The notes beneath the pieces were generated by a model that worked only from the letters and a program-made list of their open reading frames with translations, was not told the DNA's origin and made no database searches. The translations under genes were made by a program, and so were the position numbers. A stretch of DNA of 64,000 bases, taken from an uncultured virus (IMG/VR IMGVR_UViG_3300042860_003432). Lineage: Duplodnaviria; Heunggongvirae; Uroviricota; Caudoviricetes. This document shows positions 58,990 to 64,000 of this stretch, piece by piece; the first letter of the stretch is position 1, and each line of letters opens with the position of its first letter. The stretch is taken from the IMG/VR virus record IMGVR_UViG_3300042860_003432. One strand, written 5' to 3'.

Positions 58990-59666
58990 TTGTCCAACTC
59001 TCTTGGGTCAAATACATTCCAGCCATCTGGCTTTCTTGTATCGCCAAACTTACGATTATACATCCAATATAGTTTGGTGATTATTTCTGGCCATACAAAC
59101 ACTTTTGCGTTTGTGCCAATCAAATTTAGTGTATTCTTATCAAAATATCTGCCACGAATAATGATTGGACCGCCATCTTTGTTTTTACAGTTGATAAAAG
59201 TAAATCTGCGTGTCTTTGGACGATCTTGCTGGTCATAGATGCTATAATCACCAAGTAGTATGTCATTGAATACACAACTACTAAAAGTAACATCGTGTAC
59301 GCCGCCTTTTATACCAATATCACACACTTCATTTAGAGCATATGGCGATTTGATTGTTTGACGCACGCCATCATTTATAAATGTGCAATCTGTAAAAGCA
59401 ACATTGCCGCCACGAACCATATCAAATGCTCGTGCAGTTCCATTTTTGAATATACAGTACTTATATTCAAGACCAAAAGTTAGTGATGCTTTACCACCCC
59501 ATCTAGTGTCTTGACCATCTATAGTACAGTTATTTACAGCACTATCATCATTTTGACTAAAGCAGAAAACAGATAGTCCATCGGTTCTGTTGTCTGGTGT
59601 GTTTGGGTTGAACGTGTTTGATTTATCAAACGTTTGATTTTCTATTACGATATTTGTTGTAGCCAT
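58986..59666 (-). CDS. hypothetical protein with beta-helix-like repeats
   Basis: NCTID, YCIFKN, DCTF, SCVF, INC repeats; ATATTTATA upstream. Confidence 0.6.
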   Translation of the reverse strand: MATTNIVIENQTFDKSNTFNPNTPDNRTDGLSVFCFSQNDDSAVNNCTIDGQDTRWGGKASLTFGLEYKYCIFKNGTARAFDMVRGGNVAFTDCTFINDGVRQTIKSPYALNEVCDIGIKGGVHDVTFSSCVFNDILLGDYSIYDQQDRPKTRRFTFINCKNKDGGPIIIRGRYFDKNTLNLIGTNAKVFVWPEIITKLYWMYNRKFGDTRKPDGWNVFDPRELDN

Positions 59667-59707
59667 AATGGCTATAAATATCGTTTTTGAGGAAAAATTT
59701 ACACGGC

Positions 59708-59959
59708 TTAGTTTGTAGGCGTGCTACTCGGTGTTACGGTAGGGGTAACCGTTGGAATTAATGTGTCACGCTCTGCTTTTCTTACGTTTACTATAAATAA
59801 ATCTCTGACTTGAGTCATTATTAATCCAGCCGCAGTTGCTAATGGATATACATAAGTTGATCTATTTTCTTGGGTATTTTCATAACCTCCAAGCTTATCC
59901 AACAAGTGACTCATATTCCATGAAGATGATACTGCTGATATAAATTCTTGTGGTGTCAT
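59708..59959 (-). CDS. hypothetical protein with Pro/Thr tail
   Basis: Ends PTVTPTVTPSSTPTN; ATATTTATA upstream. Confidence 0.55.
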   Translation of the reverse strand: MTPQEFISAVSSSWNMSHLLDKLGGYENTQENRSTYVYPLATAAGLIMTQVRDLFIVNVRKAERDTLIPTVTPTVTPSSTPTN

Positions 59960-60012
59960 AATGTATATAAATATAATGAATATTATATAAATACGTTTTT
60001 ATTATATAAAAT

Positions 60013-60102
60013 TGGCGGAAGAGGTGAGATTCGAACTCACGGTGACATTACTGCCACGACGGTTTTCAAGACCGTTGCCTTAAACCACTCAGCCACTCTT
60101 CC
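60013..60102 (-). tRNA. tRNA-Ser(UGA)
   Basis: ACGGT-CTTGAAA-ACCGT, long V arm, G73, CCA. Confidence 0.95.
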
Positions 60103-60113
60103 ATAAAATATTT

Positions 60114-60205
60114 TGGCGGTGAGTATAGGATTTGAACCTATGGTAGAATTTTACTCCTACAACGCTTTAGCAAAGCGCCGCTATAGACCACTCAGCCAAC
60201 TCACC
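60114..60205 (-). tRNA. tRNA-Ser(GCU)
   Basis: GCGCT-TTGCTAA-AGCGT, long V arm, G73, CCA. Confidence 0.95.
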
Positions 60206-60267
60206 ATATAACAAAAGAACCCTACGATATAAGTAGGGTTCTGTCAAGATTATAAATTTATTATATC

Positions 60268-60654
60268 TTATTTAGAAATGCTTACTTCTGGAGCATCTAA
60301 TGGTGTAGGTGCGGTTGTATAGCCAGGCTTTTTTGTTTCTCTTGCTCTACAACAATCGGCACATTTACAGGTAGTTGAACTGCCGCCGCCAACAAAAAAT
60401 CCATATTCATGTTTTTCTGTGTTGGCAAATATACCAAACTCTTTTCTGCCACCAAGCAACAACAATCCGCATAGCAAAATAACAAGCAGTAGTATTACCA
60501 CAGGAGTAATCTTTGTTTTGCATTTGCCTGTGCAGCAATCTGGTTCGGATACAAACAATGATACAATAAATGCCCATATTGCCAAAATAGCATTACGAAC
60601 TGCACGAACAACACTACCAATCAATCCTAGTATATAGTTTATTATAGTTTTCAT
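60268..60654 (-). CDS. membrane protein with Cys clusters
   Basis: Two hydrophobic segments; DCCTGKC and TCKCADCC. Confidence 0.6.
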   Translation of the reverse strand: MKTIINYILGLIGSVVRAVRNAILAIWAFIVSLFVSEPDCCTGKCKTKITPVVILLLVILLCGLLLLGGRKEFGIFANTEKHEYGFFVGGGSSTTCKCADCCRARETKKPGYTTAPTPLDAPEVSISK

Positions 60655-60696
60655 ATGTGTAAAAAGTTATATAATATATAAATATGGATATAAAAA

Positions 60697-60864
60697 CTAT
60701 TTATCTAGCCTTGTGTATCTAGAATATACAGACTCTAGTACAGAGTTCTGTTTCAAGAACTTATCTGCCATCTTGGAAATTTTTTTATGACATACTCCGT
60801 CATAAAATGCGTCAGATATTTCTTTCGCAGTTATTGGCTTTATAGACTTTTTCTTTTTTGGCAT
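60697..60864 (-). CDS. small basic hypothetical protein (55 aa, not in ORF track)
   Basis: MPKKKKSIKPITAKEISDAFYDG... Confidence 0.4.
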   Translation of the reverse strand: MPKKKKSIKPITAKEISDAFYDGVCHKKISKMADKFLKQNSVLESVYSRYTRLDK

Positions 60865-60915
60865 ATGTTTATTTGTATATATTACATATTGCAGATATTA
60901 TGCCAATTATAAAAA

Positions 60916-60993
60916 TGGTACAGGTGGTGAGATTTGAACTCACAATCTTTCCGCCCCAAACGGAACGCGATAACCAGATTACGCTACACCTGT
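60916..60993 (-). tRNA. tRNA-Pro(UGG)
   Basis: TTCCG-TTTGGGG-CGGAA; acceptor ACAGGTG/CACCTGT-A-CCA. Confidence 0.9.
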
Positions 60994-61047
60994 ATAAGTG
61001 GTGTAATCAAATACACTAGTTATATCTATTACACCACGATATAACTA

Positions 61048-61278
61048 TTACTTACTCTCTACAAATCGATAGAGTTTTTCAGCAATTTGCATTGCTTCCT
61101 CTACGCGATTGTCTGGTGCAATCGGTAATGCTCCCTTGTTGGTTTTTTCAGCCTCGTATCGCAGCGCTTCTTGAGAGAAGTGATAACGACCATCAGCCAT
61201 TTCAAGTGCCTTGTTAAGCACTTCCCAACGGATTTCATAACCGCTTTTACCTGTCTTTTGTGTATTCGACTTATTCAT
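61048..61278 (-). CDS. hypothetical phage protein
   Basis: SGYEIR.EVL..A ... AEKLY.FV. Confidence 0.65.
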   Translation of the reverse strand: MNKSNTQKTGKSGYEIRWEVLNKALEMADGRYHFSQEALRYEAEKTNKGALPIAPDNRVEEAMQIAEKLYRFVESK

Positions 61279-61360
61279 TGTGTGTGTATGAAATGATTTG
61301 CGTTATTGCATCTCATTTCACCGCACATATTGAAGTAAAAATCTATTTTGTCAAGTATAT

Positions 61361-61670
61361 AAAAAAGACTTGTCGTTAGTATCGTATGCGACGCCACGAA
61401 GGGACTGCCCTAGTTATGTGTGAAAATATTGGGAGGAATAATGATTACCTCCATTCCAACTCCGATATTTCAGTTATTCAGTCAGATGATACCGTCGCAT
61501 CATAATGGTTCGCAATGTCATATGTTATTCTACATACAAACCATACCTCTGGTAGCTTCGGTTGGCCAACCTAGGCTTCAGCATAGTACCTTACTTACTA
61601 CTCGGAGCAGAAACTTACCTATACTCTTCGTATAGATAATGCGTTAGTCCCATTTGATAAGACTTTTTCC
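61361..61670 (-). ncRNA. candidate large structured ncRNA (~310 nt), family unknown
   Basis: Nested long-range stems, at least five hairpins and a loop-loop complement; directly follows tRNA-Ala. Confidence 0.6.
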
Positions 61671-61680
61671 GCCACAAAAA

Positions 61681-61756
61681 TGGTGGACCCAACAGGGTTC
61701 GAACCTGCGACCTTCTGCTTGCAAAGCAGCTTCTCTACCAACTGAGATATGAGCCC
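61681..61756 (-). tRNA. tRNA-Ala(UGC)
   Basis: G3:U70, CTGCT-TTGCAA-GCAG anticodon arm, TTCGA, CCA. Confidence 0.95.
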
Positions 61757-61760
61757 ATTA

Positions 61761-61806
61761 TTTGAAAGAACGAGAATAACTATGTACTAGTTTAATAGAA
61801 AGTCAA
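61761..61806 (-). promoter_or_regulatory. sigma70-type promoter plus boxA-like motif
   Basis: TTGACT-N16-CATAGT followed by GTTCTTTCAAA before tRNA-Ala. Confidence 0.6.
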
Positions 61807-61839
61807 CAACATTCTATCATTTTATATATATTTATAATT

Positions 61840-62271
61840 GTGAAACTATATCTACTAGCTAAAAAAATATTAGAAAATGATTATAAAGGAACGCATAAAG
61901 CTCCAAGTAAATCAAACGGCTCTCCTTTACACGACCTTACGCAGATATATCCAGATGACATATACTCAAATAAAGCAGTAGCATATTATGGCGATAGAGC
62001 AACAGATTATAGTGACCAGTTGTCTATTAGCATAATGCATAATACCAAAGATAAACCAGACGCTAAAGTAAAGATATATCGTGCAGTTCCTTCAAATATA
62101 CAAGGAGATATAAATGCGAGTGATTGGGTGACTATCAATAAGCAATATGCAGTTACTCACGGCGAAAGAACACTTGGTGGAGATTATAAAATAATAACCA
62201 AAGTTGTGCCAGCAAAGCATCTATATACAGACGCTAATAGTATTCACGAGTTTGGATATGACCCAAGTTAA
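61840..62271 (+). CDS. hypothetical phage protein
   Basis: GTG start after ATATTTATA; HKAP...PLHDL...YPDDIY, IYRAVP, DWVT...YA..HG, HEFGYDP. Confidence 0.7.
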   Translation: MKLYLLAKKILENDYKGTHKAPSKSNGSPLHDLTQIYPDDIYSNKAVAYYGDRATDYSDQLSISIMHNTKDKPDAKVKIYRAVPSNIQGDINASDWVTINKQYAVTHGERTLGGDYKIITKVVPAKHLYTDANSIHEFGYDPS

Positions 62272-62272
62272 A

Positions 62273-62347
62273 TGGTGGTAGAGGTGGATCCTGACACCAC
62301 AACCTGTCCGTTATCAACAGACTGCTCTTCCTTTGAGCTACTCTACC
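62273..62347 (-). tRNA. tRNA-Ile(GAU), non-canonical T loop
   Basis: GTCTG-TTGATAA-CGGAC; T arm GTGGTGTCAGGATCCAC lacks TTC; CCA. Confidence 0.8.
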
Positions 62348-62380
62348 ATAAAAACTATTTATAATTCATATATATGAAAT

Positions 62381-63139
62381 ATGAATAAAGAAAATGTTAT
62401 AGTACACACGGTGTGGGTTGGTGACAGTTTAAGCTTAATGGAACAACTCACAATAAAATTATTGCAGCTACACGGTCACGAAGTACATCTTTGGTGTTAT
62501 GACAAAATAAAAAATGTACCAGACAAAACAATCTTACGAGACGCGGCGGATATAATGCCCAAAAGTTCAATTTTCTCATTTCAAGGAGAATATTTACCAT
62601 ATATTCCAAACGGGGGTATAGGTTCATTAAGTCATTGGTCTGATCAGTTTCAATGTAAGCTTCTTGCTATGGAAGGTGGAATATATTCCCAATTGGATGT
62701 AGCTTATTTGGCACCAATTAATTATAACCCAGAATATCTATTTGTTGATATTTTGGATGCAAGAAAAACATTAAGCACTTTCTTGATGAAATGTCCAAAA
62801 GGTTCTTCATTTGCGATTGAAGCATACAAAGAATTATCCATGAAAATAAATTATTTAACAATGCCATATCTACATTGGGATTGTTCTATGAATTTGTGTA
62901 TGGACATACTGGTAAACAGAACAAATATAACCACAAAGAAATGTCGAGAATGTTTTTTGCATCAAAAACATTATTTGGACCTTGGATGTAAAAAAACTGG
63001 CCCATTTTTTGGACCTTTCGAATTTCCGAAGGATTTATTGGCAATACACTGGTCGAATGCGACATTGAATGTATATAAAAATCATCCTATACCAAATTCA
63101 TTTTACGAATCACTATTGAGATTCGTTGGACTAGTTTAG
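62381..63139 (+). CDS. glycosyltransferase (GT32/capsular polysaccharide synthesis-like)
   Basis: VWVG..LS.ME.L, GHEVHLWCY, DA..I.P, SD.F..KLL...GG.Y..LD. Confidence 0.75.
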   Translation: MNKENVIVHTVWVGDSLSLMEQLTIKLLQLHGHEVHLWCYDKIKNVPDKTILRDAADIMPKSSIFSFQGEYLPYIPNGGIGSLSHWSDQFQCKLLAMEGGIYSQLDVAYLAPINYNPEYLFVDILDARKTLSTFLMKCPKGSSFAIEAYKELSMKINYLTMPYLHWDCSMNLCMDILVNRTNITTKKCRECFLHQKHYLDLGCKKTGPFFGPFEFPKDLLAIHWSNATLNVYKNHPIPNSFYESLLRFVGLV

Positions 63140-63313
63140 ATCAAGATCAGTAAAATCATTGAGTATACCTTCATATCGCTTATCTTGCTTGTATATTTCA
63201 AGTATACGTTGATGCTCATAATCACTGGTTGGTATCCATTTAGGCGGTTCACCTTTTAGGAATATAACCGTGTATGCTCTATGTTTATCTACTGCTCTGC
63301 GTATTATTATCAT
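63131..63313 (-). CDS. small hypothetical protein
   Basis: 60-aa ORF. Confidence 0.5.
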   Translation of the reverse strand: MIIIRRAVDKHRAYTVIFLKGEPPKWIPTSDYEHQRILEIYKQDKRYEGILNDFTDLDLN

Positions 63314-63327
63314 ATGAATATATATAG

Positions 63328-63401
63328 TGGCTGTTCCTCATGGATTCGAACCATGACAAAGCGAGTCAAAGTCGCTTGTGCTACCATTACACCAAGGAAC
63401 A
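63328..63401 (-). tRNA. tRNA-Gln(UUG)
   Basis: U1:A72, AGCGA-CTTTGAC-TCGCT, G73, CCA. Confidence 0.93.
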
Positions 63402-63410
63402 ATAATAAAC

Positions 63411-63486
63411 TGGTAGCCCCAGTGGGTCACGATCCCACCTCTCCGCTTTGAAAGAGCGGCGAACTCAACCATTATTCTATGGGGCC
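63411..63486 (-). tRNA. tRNA-Glu(UUC), atypical T loop
   Basis: CCGCT-CTTTCAA-AGCGG; T loop ATCGTGA; CCA. Confidence 0.85.
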
Positions 63487-63490
63487 AAAT

Positions 63491-63565
63491 TGGTAGGAGT
63501 ACTAGGAATTTAACCTAGATTACAACGTCCGTAGCGTTGCGTGTTATACATTACACTATACTCCC
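63491..63565 (-). tRNA. tRNA-Arg(ACG), atypical T loop
   Basis: CAACG-CTACGGA-CGTTG; T loop TTAAATT; CCA. Confidence 0.85.
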
Positions 63566-63648
63566 ATAAATTGGTCCCTTCACTACCATAGGAGATCGCC
63601 ACGGTTGGTAGGACAGCGGATCAGGCTGGTGGCTTCTTCATATGAAGT

Positions 63649-63735
63649 TGGTGGTGCCGATTGGACTCGAACCAATGTAGACCGTTAGGTCGGGAAATTT
63701 ACAGTCTCCTGCAATTGCCACTATGCGACGACACC
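63649..63735 (-). tRNA. tRNA-Tyr(GUA)
   Basis: GGAGA-CTGTAAA-TTTCC, V arm, TTCGA, CCA. Confidence 0.93.
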
Positions 63736-63745
63736 ATTAAAATTT

Positions 63746-63822
63746 TGGCGGGGTGCATCGGATTTGCACCGACTATCTATAGATTGACAATCTATCGCTT
63801 GTGCTTCATAAGCTCCCACCCC
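63746..63822 (-). tRNA. tRNA-Asp(GUC), atypical D and T loops
   Basis: ATAGA-TTGTCAA-TCTAT; T loop TGCAAAT; G73; CCA. Confidence 0.8.
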
Positions 63823-64000
63823 ATAAATGAATTACCAGTGTGGGGCTCTCACCCACCATACACTATTTTTCTCCGTTATGGCCCGAACATATCGTGCACT
63901 CTGTTCTTGGAACATTACCCGCTTCTTTTGCCTTGGCTCACGTTTAGCGAATAATGTCCGGCTTATCGGGCGTCGTACCTGTCACTCGGTCTTGCAGAAA

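Noticed and set aside
60211..60243. Fifth boxA (GTTCTTTTGT) before the Ser tRNAs
   Set aside because: It is the 3' arm and U-tract of a hairpin (AGAACCCTAC/GTAGGGTTCT) better read as a terminator overlapping a promoter
61420..61635. 71-aa + strand ORF (and 44589..44798 on the minus strand)
   Set aside because: No motif or ribosome-binding context; better explained by structured RNAs, and 44589..44798 overlaps the tmRNA 5' end
63950..63975. RNase P RNA (CCGGCTTAT on the + strand)
   Set aside because: No matching GAGGAAAGTCC element upstream, and that space is filled by minus-strand tRNAs
1..64000. Stop-codon reassignment (alternative genetic code)
   Set aside because: Genes are long and tightly packed in the standard code, ending in TAA, TGA and TAG; no suppressor-anticodon tRNA found

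Overview
AT-rich, densely coding, mostly minus-strand fragment that looks like part of a jumbo or huge tailed phage genome. It has T4-like clamp-loader and Rnl1 genes, a dNMP kinase, dUTPase, GMP reductase, HNH and GIY-YIG endonucleases, 16 CCA-encoding tRNA genes and a tmRNA. It lacks bacterial housekeeping operons and uses the standard code (TAA/TGA/TAG stops). Layout: 0-17 kb small hypotheticals, RNase Z-like protein, SF2 helicase, probable virion proteins and nucleotide metabolism; 17-36 kb a ~19-kb glycan biosynthesis island; 36-46.5 kb DNA metabolism/repair, RNA-repair genes and tmRNA; 46.5-64 kb tRNA arrays interleaved with host-like envelope genes. A VPEPSTY-type PEP-CTERM protein, Ig-domain proteins and a TorF-like barrel suggest a Gram-negative host, possibly Verrucomicrobiota/Opitutae (inference). 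Most notable: (1) a PlcP-Agt-like phospholipid-to-glycolipid remodelling cassette, (2) a Tat-exported type-3 copper polyphenol oxidase within a set of exported proteins, (3) several unannotated structured RNAs embedded in tRNA/tmRNA units, several of which are preceded by rrn-type boxA motifs, and (4) a UAU-anticodon tRNA with a long variable arm. All calls come from reading motifs by eye; no database searches were run.
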